Positions 20,846 to 30,627 of a stretch of 64,000 nt of DNA are shown piece by piece. The position numbers and the translations under genes were made by a program. The notes beneath the pieces were generated by a model, which did no database searches, was not told the origin of the DNA, and was given only the letters and a program-made list of their open reading frames with translations. How positions within the stretch are numbered: the stretch's first letter is position 1; every line of letters starts with the position of its first letter. This DNA is from Chloroflexota bacterium (GTDB lineage Bacteria; Chloroflexota; UBA11872), in the NCBI GenBank assembly GCA_965198285.1, contig OZ240251.1:3712434-3776433 (forward strand). Direction: 5' to 3'.

Positions 20846-21853
20846 ATGCAACCGCCAGCGCCCCGCCCGTCCTTCACCACTTCGGCTCGAAGAGGGCAGG
20901 GCGTGGGTCTGCAGCTACCACGCCGCCGACTACTCCCACTACTCACAACTGGCGCCGCCGCGCTGACCCTCGGCGCCTGTGACGTCTGGAACCTGGTGGG
21001 CCGACCAAACGCCCGCAGTCCCGGCGGGTCGCCGCTCTCGATTCCCGCGCTGCGAGCGCGGCGTTTTCCGCCATCCGAGATTCGCCTGCATAAGGTGGCG
21101 GCGCGCCGCGACGACTACACGTCGTACGAGATGAGCTACACCTCCGACGATCTGCATGTCACGGGCATGGCCACCATCCCAGCCGGCCAGGGACCCTTTC
21201 CGGTCGTGCTGCTGAATCACGGCTACGTGCTGCCAAGTCAGTACGCGACCGGCGTGGGCACGCGCGTCATGGCCGACGCCCTGTCCCGGCGCGGCATTGT
21301 GACGCTCGCAACGGACTATCGCGGGCTCGGCGGTTCGCAAGACGACACGCAATTCAACCTGGGCGCTCGGCTGGAATTCGTGATAGACGTACTGAACCTG
21401 GCGTCCGCGGCGCGAGAGTTCCCCGAAGCTCAGCCGGGTCGAATCGGCGTGTGGGGGCATAGTCTCGGCGGCGAACTGGCAATCCGAGCCGGCGTCGTGG
21501 ACCCCTGGATTGGCCCGATAGCCGTCTGGGCGCCACTCAGCGTCTGGATCGACGACATCTCCGACTACTACCGCGTCCCAACCTCCCGCTCAAGCGACGA
21601 ACTGCGCGCCGCCCTGTCCGCGGGCAACTACCTTGAGGAACTCACCGGCCCGGTGGACATTCACCAGGGCGCGGAGGATCGCGCGGTCAACCCGGCGTGG
21701 GCCGCCAAACTTCACGCCGGCTTGCAAGGAGCCGGTGTCGCCAGCAACCACTACCTCTATCCGGGCGTCGGCCATCTCCTCAACGCCAGCGCCCAGACCG
21801 TCGTCCGCAGCAGCGCCGAATTCTTCCGGCGAAACTTGCCGACCGCTCGCTAG
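20846..21853 (+). CDS. Alpha/beta hydrolase (S9-like), probable Tat-exported lipoprotein
   Basis: PRRRLL...LGAC (twin-arginine signal plus lipobox), NHGY, DYRGLGGS, WGHSLGG nucleophile, HQGAED, GVGH; start uncertain. Confidence 0.8.
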   Translation: MQPPAPRPSFTTSARRGQGVGLQLPRRRLLPLLTTGAAALTLGACDVWNLVGRPNARSPGGSPLSIPALRARRFPPSEIRLHKVAARRDDYTSYEMSYTSDDLHVTGMATIPAGQGPFPVVLLNHGYVLPSQYATGVGTRVMADALSRRGIVTLATDYRGLGGSQDDTQFNLGARLEFVIDVLNLASAAREFPEAQPGRIGVWGHSLGGELAIRAGVVDPWIGPIAVWAPLSVWIDDISDYYRVPTSRSSDELRAALSAGNYLEELTGPVDIHQGAEDRAVNPAWAAKLHAGLQGAGVASNHYLYPGVGHLLNASAQTVVRSSAEFFRRNLPTAR

Positions 21854-21865
21854 GATTCGAGTGCC

Positions 21866-23455
21866 GTGCCTGCGCTGTTTCAGGCCGCCGAGCAGATGTC
21901 CCCCAACGTTGGTCGAGGTATAGGCGCAGCCCCGGCCGCCGCGATCCTGGCCATCGCCGCGCTCGCCGCCGCGCAGCCCCTTGACGCCGACCTCTGGGTT
22001 CACCTCAACAACGGGCGCTACATCGCCACCAGCGGCGCATTGCCATATCCAGATCCCTTCGCGTTCAGCGCCGGAGACGCGGTCTGGACGGTGCACGAGT
22101 GGCTGTCCGCCCTGGCCATCTTCCAGGTCGTCAGCCAGCTAGGCGTCGGCGCGGCGGTCCTTGCCTCCGCCGCCGTCTATGCCCTCACTTGGGGCCTGCT
22201 GGAGAGAGTTCTGGCCGCCCACGGTGTAGCCCCCTGGATGCGCGTCGTCGCGCTCGTGGCCGCCTCCCTGCCGCTGTTTCCGTTCGCCGGCATCCGCCCG
22301 CTGGCCGTCGGCCTGCTGGCCGCCGCCGTCACCGCTTCCCTGGCGCTGCACCACCGCCGCACCGGCTCGCGCGTTGTGTGGCTGTTGCCGCTCGTGTTCG
22401 TGTTCTGGGGCAACGTGCACGCCTCGTTCCCCATCGGCTACGCCCTACTTGGCGCTCTATTCCTGGAGGCCCTCTGGGCGCGCGCACCGCTTCCATTCGT
22501 CGGTCCACGGCCCCGCACACGCCTGCGAACGTTCACCGTGGTCTCGGTACTTTCGACCGTCGCGCCTGCCCTCAATCCGTCGGGTCCGCGCGTGCTCGCC
22601 CAGCCGTTCTTTCTGTGGGACAGCGAGTTCCGTCGATTCGTCAGCGACTGGCGGCCGCCGGAGGCTTTCGGCGAGACCTGGTGGTTCTTCGCGATCTTCC
22701 TGGCTTCAATAGCCGTACTGCTGCTCGTGCGCTATCGCCGCGTCACGCTGGTTGACTTGGCCCTCCTGGCCGTGCTGCTGGCCGCCGGCTACAGCACACG
22801 CAAGGTCATGCCCTTCGCCGCCGTCCTGGCGCCCCTCCTCCTGGTTCAACCCCTTACCCTTCTCGCCCCCTCCCGTCACTCCCAACCATTCCCTCATTCC
22901 CGCCCCCTCCCTCATTCCCGCGAAAGCGGGAATCCATCCCCTCCCCTCCGCACTGGCCGCTGGCTACTGGCCGCTGGCCACTATCCCCCCCGCCTGCGTC
23001 CGCCGGACTGGGCGGTTCCCGCTGCCGCCGCCCTAGTGATCGCGGCGGCCATCGGCGTGGCTGTCGCCGTCAGCCCGCGAACGCTAAGCGGCCCAACCGT
23101 GGTGCCCATGCCCGCCGCCGCCCGCGACCTCGTGGCGCAGACTGGGGCTACCCGAATCTTCAGTACCTACCATTGGGGCGCGTATCTCACCTGGGCCCTT
23201 TGGCCGGACGCGCTCGTGTTCATCGACGGACGCTTCGATCTCTTCGTTCCAAACGCACTGGATGACTACCTCACGGTGATAGGCCTCGGACCCCAGTGGC
23301 GCCAGACAATCACGGAAATCGACCCCGAAGCTCTGGTGATCGAGACCGACTCGCCTCTGGCTCGTCGGCTGGCCCGTCCCGACTCCGAATGGCGTGACAT
23401 CGGCGGTGATGCCACGGCCCGCGTGTTTCTCCGCGCCCCAACCGGACCCACATGA
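21866..23455 (+). CDS. Polytopic membrane protein, GT-C-like (DxDLWxHL family)
   Basis: DADLWVHLNNGRYI, DPFAF, HEWLS, WGNVHASF, YHWGAYL, FIDGRFDLF; many hydrophobic segments. Confidence 0.65.
   Translation: MPALFQAAEQMSPNVGRGIGAAPAAAILAIAALAAAQPLDADLWVHLNNGRYIATSGALPYPDPFAFSAGDAVWTVHEWLSALAIFQVVSQLGVGAAVLASAAVYALTWGLLERVLAAHGVAPWMRVVALVAASLPLFPFAGIRPLAVGLLAAAVTASLALHHRRTGSRVVWLLPLVFVFWGNVHASFPIGYALLGALFLEALWARAPLPFVGPRPRTRLRTFTVVSVLSTVAPALNPSGPRVLAQPFFLWDSEFRRFVSDWRPPEAFGETWWFFAIFLASIAVLLLVRYRRVTLVDLALLAVLLAAGYSTRKVMPFAAVLAPLLLVQPLTLLAPSRHSQPFPHSRPLPHSRESGNPSPPLRTGRWLLAAGHYPPRLRPPDWAVPAAAALVIAAAIGVAVAVSPRTLSGPTVVPMPAAARDLVAQTGATRIFSTYHWGAYLTWALWPDALVFIDGRFDLFVPNALDDYLTVIGLGPQWRQTITEIDPEALVIETDSPLARRLARPDSEWRDIGGDATARVFLRAPTGPT
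22914..22933. repeat. Palindromic REP/dRS3-like element ATTCCCGC-GAAA-GCGGGAAT inside a CDS
   Basis: Perfect 8-bp inverted repeat with a GAAA loop, preceded by degenerate CATTCCC copies from 22874. Confidence 0.8.
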
Positions 23456-23467
23456 CGCCGCAACGAT

Positions 23468-24067
23468 GTGACACGTGACGCATTCCCCTCGGCTGTCCGT
23501 CCGCGGAAGCCAATGACCCGCAAGCACCACGGCGACCAGGGCCAAACCAGCCTCTTCGACGGCGCGCGTGTGTCCAAGACGGACGGCCGCATCGCTGCCC
23601 TCGGCGCCGTTGACGAGCTCAACTCGGCCCTCGGCGTGGCGATGAGCGCCTGCCCGCCCGGCGACCACCCTGACCGCCTGGCCTGGATGCAAACCCGCCT
23701 CTTCGCTCTCGGCTCTGACCTGGCCAACCCCGGCCGCCGCGCCCGCGGCGACCGCATCGCGCCGGCGGACATCGCCACGCTTGACGAGTGGCTGGAGCGC
23801 TACCGGGCGGACCTGCCCCCGCTCCAGCACTTCATCCTGCCCGGCGGCACGCCCGCCGCCGCCGGCGCCAGCCTGGCCCGCGCCGTCTGCCGCCGGGCCG
23901 AACGCGAAGTTTTTGGCCTGGCCGACCAGGCCTCGGTCCGCCCCCACGTCCCGGTCTTCCTCAACCGCCTCAGCGACGTCCTCTTCGAACTCGCCCGCGC
24001 CCTGAACCACGACGCCAACGTCCCCGAACACATCTGGCTCGGCCCCCGCGACCGCCCCGAAAGCTGA
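23468..24067 (+). CDS. pduO: ATP:cob(I)alamin adenosyltransferase, PduO type
   Basis: GDQGQTSL, GAVDELNSALG, QTRLFALGSDLA, FILPGG, RAVCRRAER, LNRLSD. Confidence 0.9.
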   Translation: MTRDAFPSAVRPRKPMTRKHHGDQGQTSLFDGARVSKTDGRIAALGAVDELNSALGVAMSACPPGDHPDRLAWMQTRLFALGSDLANPGRRARGDRIAPADIATLDEWLERYRADLPPLQHFILPGGTPAAAGASLARAVCRRAEREVFGLADQASVRPHVPVFLNRLSDVLFELARALNHDANVPEHIWLGPRDRPES

Positions 24068-24191
24068 CCGTCCCCAGGCACCGCACGCGTGCGCCTCCGC
24101 CAGGGACTGAACGGACGTTTGACAACCGTTGGTCGGGCAATCAGCGTCAAGACGTCAGGGCCGGGTGATTCGCGGTCGAAAGGACCACGCC

Positions 24192-25019
24192 ATGTATCGA
24201 TCAGTCCGCGCGGCGGCGCTTTCCATCAAGCCCAAGAAATGGGACAAACCCGCCAACGCCGACAAGCTGGAGGACTACGTCCGCCGGGCCGCCGCGGAGG
24301 GCGCGGAGCTTGTCGTCGCCCCCGAGGGCTTTCTCGAGGGCTACGTGGTCATGGAGGCCATCCACGAGCCGGAGCTTCGCGCCGACCTGTGGGAGATCGC
24401 CGAGCCGCCCGACGGTCCCTACATCCAGCGCTTCAGAAACCTGGCCCGTGAACTCGGCATCGTGCTCTGCTTCGGCTACGCTGAACGACGCGATGACGGC
24501 GTCTACAACGCCGCCGCCATCCTGGGACCCGACGGCGAACACTGCGGGACCTACTACAAGACGCAACTCGCCGAAGGCGCCACCGACGACTGGGACTTCA
24601 ACCGCCTCGGTCCCAACTTGCACGCCATCGATACCCCGTTGGCGCGCGTGGGCACCATGATTTGCAACGACCGCTGGAATCCGTTGATCGCCCGCGCCCA
24701 GGTGATGGACGGCGCCCAGGCCATCCTGATTCCCTCCTACGGCTCACGCAGCCGCGAGCAGAACCTGGCCGTCATCGCGCGGGCCCGTGAGAACGGCGTC
24801 CCGGTGGTGGAAGCCAACGTGGGCGTGAACCTCATCGTCAGCAAGGGCGAGGTGGCGGCCTATGTCTGGGGAACCGACCGCATCTCGGTGGCCACCATTG
24901 AGATTCCGCTTCCACCGTCCGAGGACAACGCCCGCGCCGTGGAACAGGAGTTCATGGACTGGCGCGGACCTGAAATGCAGCGGCGATACGAGCGCACCAT
25001 CGAAAGTGCGAATCAGTAG
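24192..25019 (+). CDS. Carbon-nitrogen hydrolase (nitrilase superfamily)
   Basis: Catalytic triad motifs VVAPEG, YYKTQL, GTMICND; SD AGGA. Confidence 0.88.
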   Translation: MYRSVRAAALSIKPKKWDKPANADKLEDYVRRAAAEGAELVVAPEGFLEGYVVMEAIHEPELRADLWEIAEPPDGPYIQRFRNLARELGIVLCFGYAERRDDGVYNAAAILGPDGEHCGTYYKTQLAEGATDDWDFNRLGPNLHAIDTPLARVGTMICNDRWNPLIARAQVMDGAQAILIPSYGSRSREQNLAVIARARENGVPVVEANVGVNLIVSKGEVAAYVWGTDRISVATIEIPLPPSEDNARAVEQEFMDWRGPEMQRRYERTIESANQ

Positions 25020-25055
25020 CCTGAAGCCGGTCGCCAGCGGGCGAGTAGTTGCCTG

Positions 25056-25394
25056 CTAGCCGGTCGTGGAGGACGTGCGGTCGGCTAGTGCTCGCAGCAT
25101 CTCCCACGGGTAGATGCCCGTGCTGTGGCTGTCGCTCCAGTCAAAGGTGAGCGCGTAGTTCCCTACCGGAGCAATTCGGTGCGCGCGGATATCGGCGGGA
25201 ATCGTGGCCGGGTTCAGCAGCGGCACTCCGGTCAGTTCGTCGCGGCAGACCGCGCAGCCGCAGGCCAGCCGAATCTCCCGCAGGGGGATCACGGAGGTTG
25301 TGCCGTCGGCCCAATCGATCCCCATCGCGTCGTCACCTTCGCGGCGGATGCCCACCGCGGTCACCCGCGCCGGCGCGGTCGAGCGTGAGCTCAC
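25056..25394 (-). CDS. DUF971 / gamma-butyrobetaine hydroxylase N-terminal-like protein
   Basis: [30 protein letters not shown]. Confidence 0.88.
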   Translation of the reverse strand: MSSRSTAPARVTAVGIRREGDDAMGIDWADGTTSVIPLREIRLACGCAVCRDELTGVPLLNPATIPADIRAHRIAPVGNYALTFDWSDSHSTGIYPWEMLRALADRTSSTTG

Positions 25395-27880
25395 TGGGCG
25401 GCGCTTGCGATCAGGTGCTCGATCTCGTCGGCCAGCGACGCGGCGGCAACCGGCCCCTCGCCCTCAGCCATCACGCGGAACACGGGCCGGTCGTCGTCGG
25501 GCACCACCACCGCCCGTGTGCTGCCGCCGCCGAAGACGACTCCGTCGATCTCGCCCTCGTCGCTGCGGTCGGGATGTGAGTTCAGCACACGCATGAGCTG
25601 CGCTCGTCGCTCCCAGGCCACCGAGACCTCGCGCTGCGCCAGCGTGAACGCCGGCAGCGAGCTCACGCGGGCCGAAAGCGACAATTCGTTCACCGCCTGC
25701 GCGCTGATCAAGTGTACGAGCGTCGCCATGGCGTCCGGCCCCGGGTGCAAAATCGGAAACGCCAGGGCGTTGCGGCCATTCGCCGCCACCACCGCTTGCT
25801 CGCGGTCGCTCACCTGCATCATGTTCGCCACGTTCGCCTGCGTACGGATGGGCGTAAAGCCGAGGCCGCTCGCATAGGCCGTCAGGCTGTTGGGCACGGT
25901 GAACGGCGCGGCCAGCGGACCGACAATCCCGCGCGCCCGCAGCCCGTCCAGCACCAGCGCGATAACCGCCAGGCTGTCAATTGCGCTTCCCTGCTCGTCC
26001 ACGAGCCAGATGCGGTTGCCGTCCGGACCGACGACCGCGCCGAACGTCGCGCCCACCGCCGTAACGATCCGCCCCAACCGGGCCAGCCGCTCCGCGATCG
26101 CCATCCCGCCGGATCCCACGTCCACCGGCGAGGCGTCCACGGCGGTGTCGCGCACGCCCAGGCGGGTCAGCACGCTCAGCAGCGTCTCGCCACACGTCCC
26201 GTCGCTGTAATCCACCACCACACCCACGTGCCGGTGTGTCACCTCGGAATTGGCCACCACGCGCAGGAGCGCTTCCTGGTACGCCTCAACGGCGGACGCC
26301 ACCGTAATTTCGGCAATCGACGCCGAGCCGACGCGCCTGAAGTCCTCGCGCATGAACGTGGCTTCAATCTTGCGCTGGTCGGTCGGCCGGATGTCCACGC
26401 CTCGCGAGTTGGTAAACCTCACCTCAACCGCCGCCGCGTCATACGGGGACGTACGCACGTGCGCGGCACCCTCGGCCTCAAACCGCGCGCACGAGAACCG
26501 CCCGACCGGGAACGGCGTGGCCCCGATGTCGATGACACGCACGCCCACCGAGGCCAGACCCGCCATGAGCGCCCGCTTCACCATGCGCGCGGGTCGCGTC
26601 TGGTCGCGATTCGCCACGATGGACGACCCCACGGGCAGCGTGCTGCCCCAGGCCGCCCCCAGCCGCGCCGCGAACTCGGGCGTGAGTTCAAAATTCGCGA
26701 GCCCGGCCACGCCGCCGTGCGTGAAGATCGTCCGTCGAGCTTGCGGCGCGTGAATCAGGCTCCGATCCACGACCACGCCTTCGTCCACGAACTTGCGCGG
26801 CCAGATGCGCACGCCGGGTCGAACCGACGATCCGTCAGCCAGCGTGCTGCGGTCGCCGATCACGGCGTCTTCTCCAATGGTCACGCCGCGGCCAACGTTG
26901 GCGTGCCGCGCCACGATGCACCGCTCCAGGCTGGCCCCGACGCCGACCACGACATTCCCGCTGATCACGGCGTGGCTGATTTCGGCTCGCTCGGCGATCA
27001 AGGTATTATCGCCTATCACCGTGGGGCCGTCGATCACCGCGTGGGCATGCACTTCGCTCCCGCGCCCCACGTAGACGGGACCCCGCATTCGCACCGTGGG
27101 GTCGACGCGTGCAGTGGGATCCACAGTGGGAGCGTCCGAACGGTAGGTCGGCCCCCCGTTCGTGCGGACGCGGCCCGACACAAGGTCGGCGTTCGCGGCC
27201 CGATAGGCGTCCAGCGTGCCGATGTCCGTCCAGTAGCCGTCCGCAATGTGGCCGAAGAGCGGACGTCCGCCGGCCAGCATGCCCGGAAAGACATCCATCG
27301 AGAAGTCGACCTCCTGTCCCGCCGGAATGAGATCGAAGACGGCCGGATCCAGCATGTAGATGCCGGTGTTCGCGGCGTCGCTCAGCACCTCGCCCCACGA
27401 CGGCTTTTCCTGGAACCGCACGATCCGTCCATCGTCCTCGGTTACGACTACGCCGTATTCCAGCGGATTGGGAACGCGGGCCAGGAGCAGCGTGGCTTGG
27501 GAACCGCAAGCCTCGTGCGCGGTAGCCAGGGCCGTCAGATCCACGTCGGTCAACGCATCGCCCGAGATCACGAGGAATGGCTCGGTCAACTGCTCGCGCG
27601 CCAGCGCCACGCTGCCGGCGGTGCCCAGCGGCTCGTCCTCGTAGGTGTAGGTGATCCGCAGCTCGAAATCCTCACCCGACTGGAAGTAATCCTCAATCGT
27701 CGAGCCCAGGTAGTGCAGCGTCACGATCACGTCGGTGAAGCCGTGCGCCCGCAGCAGCCGCAGGATGTGCTCCATGACCGGCGCGTCGCCCAACATCGCC
27801 ATCGGTTTGGGGCGCTCAATGGTCAGCGGTCGCAGCCGGGAGCCTTCGCCTCCGGCCATGACTACGGCGTGTGTGAGGAT
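25391..27880 (-). CDS. Mannose-1-phosphate guanylyltransferase fused to hexapeptide repeats and a phosphomannomutase-like domain (start uncertain)
   Basis: [49 protein letters not shown], left-handed beta-helix region, [16 protein letters not shown]. Confidence 0.9.
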   Translation of the reverse strand: MLTHAVVMAGGEGSRLRPLTIERPKPMAMLGDAPVMEHILRLLRAHGFTDVIVTLHYLGSTIEDYFQSGEDFELRITYTYEDEPLGTAGSVALAREQLTEPFLVISGDALTDVDLTALATAHEACGSQATLLLARVPNPLEYGVVVTEDDGRIVRFQEKPSWGEVLSDAANTGIYMLDPAVFDLIPAGQEVDFSMDVFPGMLAGGRPLFGHIADGYWTDIGTLDAYRAANADLVSGRVRTNGGPTYRSDAPTVDPTARVDPTVRMRGPVYVGRGSEVHAHAVIDGPTVIGDNTLIAERAEISHAVISGNVVVGVGASLERCIVARHANVGRGVTIGEDAVIGDRSTLADGSSVRPGVRIWPRKFVDEGVVVDRSLIHAPQARRTIFTHGGVAGLANFELTPEFAARLGAAWGSTLPVGSSIVANRDQTRPARMVKRALMAGLASVGVRVIDIGATPFPVGRFSCARFEAEGAAHVRTSPYDAAAVEVRFTNSRGVDIRPTDQRKIEATFMREDFRRVGSASIAEITVASAVEAYQEALLRVVANSEVTHRHVGVVVDYSDGTCGETLLSVLTRLGVRDTAVDASPVDVGSGGMAIAERLARLGRIVTAVGATFGAVVGPDGNRIWLVDEQGSAIDSLAVIALVLDGLRARGIVGPLAAPFTVPNSLTAYASGLGFTPIRTQANVANMMQVSDREQAVVAANGRNALAFPILHPGPDAMATLVHLISAQAVNELSLSARVSSLPAFTLAQREVSVAWERRAQLMRVLNSHPDRSDEGEIDGVVFGGGSTRAVVVPDDDRPVFRVMAEGEGPVAAASLADEIEHLIASAAQ

Positions 27881-27960
27881 TCGCTGGGTCGCCGCGTGGG
27901 TCGCGTTGTCAGTCTACGGTCGGTCAGTTCCGTGTCAACGCCGATGCTAGGCTCGCCCGC

Positions 27961-27996
27961 GACCGCGACCGCGACCGCGACCGCGACCGCGACCGC
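27961..27996. repeat. Hexanucleotide microsatellite (GACCGC)x6 in a divergent intergenic region
   Basis: Six perfect tandem copies read directly from the sequence. Confidence 0.95.
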
Positions 27997-28022
27997 GGCC
28001 TGCCGGCCGCCGCGCCTTCCTC

Positions 28023-28727
28023 ATGCCGCCTGACAACGCGCCCACGATCGCCGTGATCGTGCCCACATTCAACGAGCGCGGAAACCCTGGCCCGCTGGTG
28101 GAGCAGGTAACCGCCGCGCTTGGCAGCGTGCCGTTTCGCATCGTGTTTTCCGACGACAGCACCGACCGCACCACCCGTGAGATCGATGACCTGGCCCGCG
28201 CCAACCCCACCGTCAGCCTGAACCACAGCCCAACCCGGCGCGGGCTCGCGTGCGCCGTGGTGGAAGCCCTGGATGACCGGACCGAGGACAAGGTGGTCGT
28301 GATGGACGGCGACCTGCAGCACCCGCCCAGAATCGTTCCCCAGCTCATCGCCGCGCTGGACGCCGGCGCTGACATCGCCGTCGCCAGCCGCTACGCGCCC
28401 GGAGGACATGAATTGGGGCTCAGCGGACCGTTGCGGCGGCTGGTCAGCCGCGAGTCCTCGCGCGTCGCTCGCGTCATGCTGCCGGCGGCCCGGCGCACCT
28501 CCGACCCGCTCAGCGGCTTCTTCGCGTTTCGTCGCGCGATCCTCGCCGGCGCAACGCTGCAGCCAGTTGGCTTCAAAATCCTGCTCGAAGTCCTGGTCCG
28601 CAGCGATGCCCGCCGCGTGGTTGACGTGCCGTACACGTTCGACCGGCGCTTGCGCGCCGCCAGCAAGGCTTCAACGCTGGAGGGCGTGCGCTTTCTGCGC
28701 CACCTGCTGCGGCTGCGCGTGAGCTAG
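28023..28727 (+). CDS. Polyprenol-monophosphomannose synthase (GT2, Dpm1/Ppm1-like)
   Basis: VIVPTFNERGN, DDSTD, RRGLA, VMDGDLQHPP, ASRY, DPLSGFF, GFKILLE. Confidence 0.88.
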   Translation: MPPDNAPTIAVIVPTFNERGNPGPLVEQVTAALGSVPFRIVFSDDSTDRTTREIDDLARANPTVSLNHSPTRRGLACAVVEALDDRTEDKVVVMDGDLQHPPRIVPQLIAALDAGADIAVASRYAPGGHELGLSGPLRRLVSRESSRVARVMLPAARRTSDPLSGFFAFRRAILAGATLQPVGFKILLEVLVRSDARRVVDVPYTFDRRLRAASKASTLEGVRFLRHLLRLRVS

Positions 28728-29551
28728 CCCGAGCCGAGGCTCGCCACAACCGCCGCCAGAGCCGCGCCCACCCGTGGCGCCGCGGCAGACGCCGCATCCA
28801 CGACCGCCGTATGGCCCTCGTCCGCCACCTCGGCGGTCCCGGCCACGTTCGTGATCGTTGCCACGGCCGCCACGGTTGCCCCGGCGTGGCGCGCGACCAC
28901 CGCTTCAGGCGCCGTGGACATCCCCACCGCGTCGGCCCCCAGCTGACGCAGCAGCGCCGTTTCCGCCGGCGTCTCGTACGACGGACCGGCAACCATGTCG
29001 TAGACCCCCTCGCGCACGGTCAGACTGGCCTGCGCCAGCGTCCTGCACAGGGCGGCGCGCAGCGCCGGGTCGTAGGCGCCGGCCAGCGTGGGAAACCGCT
29101 CGCCGCGCGGATCGTTCGGCCCAAGCAACGGATGGTGGCCCGCCAGTCCGGGCAAGAACAAGTGGTCGGAAATCACCATCGCGTCGCCCGGCCGGTATTC
29201 CAGGTTGAGCGCGCCGGCCGCATTTGTCAGCAGCAGGTGCGTGACGCCCGCATCCAGCAGCACCCGCACGAACGTGGCGATCGGCTGCATGTCGCCGTGC
29301 TCGTAAAAGTGCGGACGACCCTGACATACCCACACCGGCACGCCGCCCGCGGCCGCCAGACGCAGGCGGCCCGGGTGCCCCACAACCGTAGCCCTGGGCA
29401 ACCCGGGCACCTCGCCGTAGTCCAGGGCCCGGCGCACCTGGAAGGCATCCGCAAGCCCTGACAGGCCGCTGCCGCTGACGATCGCCCAGCGAGGCGGACT
29501 GCCGCCGGCGGCCGCACGCAGAACCTGGGCGCCGCGAGCGGCTTCGGTCAC
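28724..29551 (-). CDS. punA: Purine-nucleoside phosphorylase (trimeric type)
   Basis: SGSGL, VVGHPG, QGRPHFYE, LTNAAGALN, GPSYETPAE, GADAVGMST, ITN; GTGA overlap with the xerD stop. Confidence 0.92.
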   Translation of the reverse strand: MTEAARGAQVLRAAAGGSPPRWAIVSGSGLSGLADAFQVRRALDYGEVPGLPRATVVGHPGRLRLAAAGGVPVWVCQGRPHFYEHGDMQPIATFVRVLLDAGVTHLLLTNAAGALNLEYRPGDAMVISDHLFLPGLAGHHPLLGPNDPRGERFPTLAGAYDPALRAALCRTLAQASLTVREGVYDMVAGPSYETPAETALLRQLGADAVGMSTAPEAVVARHAGATVAAVATITNVAGTAEVADEGHTAVVDAASAAAPRVGAALAAVVASLGSG

Positions 29552-30441
29552 GCCGGGCGTCCGGCTCCCGAACCGCCCGGCGCCTGGGATCGAGTCTCCC
29601 GCGCCAGTTCGGCGTAGACCTGCGTGGTCGCCGGGCTGGCATGACCCAGCAACTTCTGGACCTCGCGCACGCTGCTGTCGCCCTGCAGGCGATGCGCGGC
29701 GAACGAGTGCCGCAAGGTGTGCGGCGTAATGGGCGTCTGGATGTTCGAGCGCCGCGCATAGGCCTTCACGATCAGCCAGAACCCCTGGCGGGTCAGTCGG
29801 TTGCCGCGATGGTTCAGAAACACCGCCGGCTCGTCGATCCGGCGAAGCAGCTTTTCGCGACCGTTGGTCAGGTAGGCCTGCAGCGCCTCCGCGGACCGCT
29901 CCGTCAGCGGCACGGTGCGCGCGCTGGCGCCGTCCCGCCCCAGCACAATCTCCCGCGCCCAGCAATCCACGTCGTCCACGTCCAGCCCCACCAGTTCGGA
30001 CACGCGCATCCCGGTGGCGTACAGGGCTTCCAACATCGCGCGGTCACGCATTCGCTCGGGCGTGGAGGCGTCCGCCGCCTCTGCCAGCAGGCGCTCGACC
30101 TCCGCGGTCGAAATGATTCGCGGACGCCGCCGTGCAACCCGGGCGCCGTCCAGTCCAACGGTGGGATCGGCGGGGACAGCTTCGACCGATCGCAGGTAGC
30201 GATAGAGGGCCTTCACGGCCGCCAGCTTGCGCGCCCGCGAGCTCTGACGGTACTCGCGCTGAACCAGGTCGGTCATAAACTCGCGCACAACGCGCGCCGG
30301 AATGTCCCAGCCGCTGTGCCCGGCCTTGCGTACGAACGTCTCAAACTGCCGCAGGTCACTCCGATACGCAGCCAGCGTGTTCTTGGCAAGGCCGCGCTCG
30401 GTTTGCAGGTGCTGGACGAAATCGTCCACGGTGACGCGCAT
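29548..30441 (-). CDS. xerD: Site-specific tyrosine recombinase, XerD-like
   Basis: ERGLAKNTLAAYRSDL, RDRAMLEALYATGMRVSEL, LTRQGFW, TPHTLRHSFA, LLGHA, TTQVY. Confidence 0.85.
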   Translation of the reverse strand: MRVTVDDFVQHLQTERGLAKNTLAAYRSDLRQFETFVRKAGHSGWDIPARVVREFMTDLVQREYRQSSRARKLAAVKALYRYLRSVEAVPADPTVGLDGARVARRRPRIISTAEVERLLAEAADASTPERMRDRAMLEALYATGMRVSELVGLDVDDVDCWAREIVLGRDGASARTVPLTERSAEALQAYLTNGREKLLRRIDEPAVFLNHRGNRLTRQGFWLIVKAYARRSNIQTPITPHTLRHSFAAHRLQGDSSVREVQKLLGHASPATTQVYAELARETRSQAPGGSGAGRPA

Positions 30442-30627
30442 CAGTGGCACAGGTGAGTAACAAGCATTCGAACGTCGTACTCCCTGGCGACGGATCGCGC
30501 ACTGCTTGCTTTCGAGCGCGCCCCGCCACGCTCACCGAGCGGATGGGGACCGTTATGTTAACACGAGAACCCGGCGAAACCCGCCCGCTGGCCTAGACTC
30601 AGACGACACTTTCGAGAGTTCTCTGGC

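Noticed and set aside
25712-28033. 773-aa + strand ORF
   Set aside because: Antisense shadow of the GDP-mannose pyrophosphorylase gene
29548-30441. Integrase of a prophage or island
   Set aside because: XerD-type sequence coupled to punA; no att repeats, tRNA or phage genes nearby
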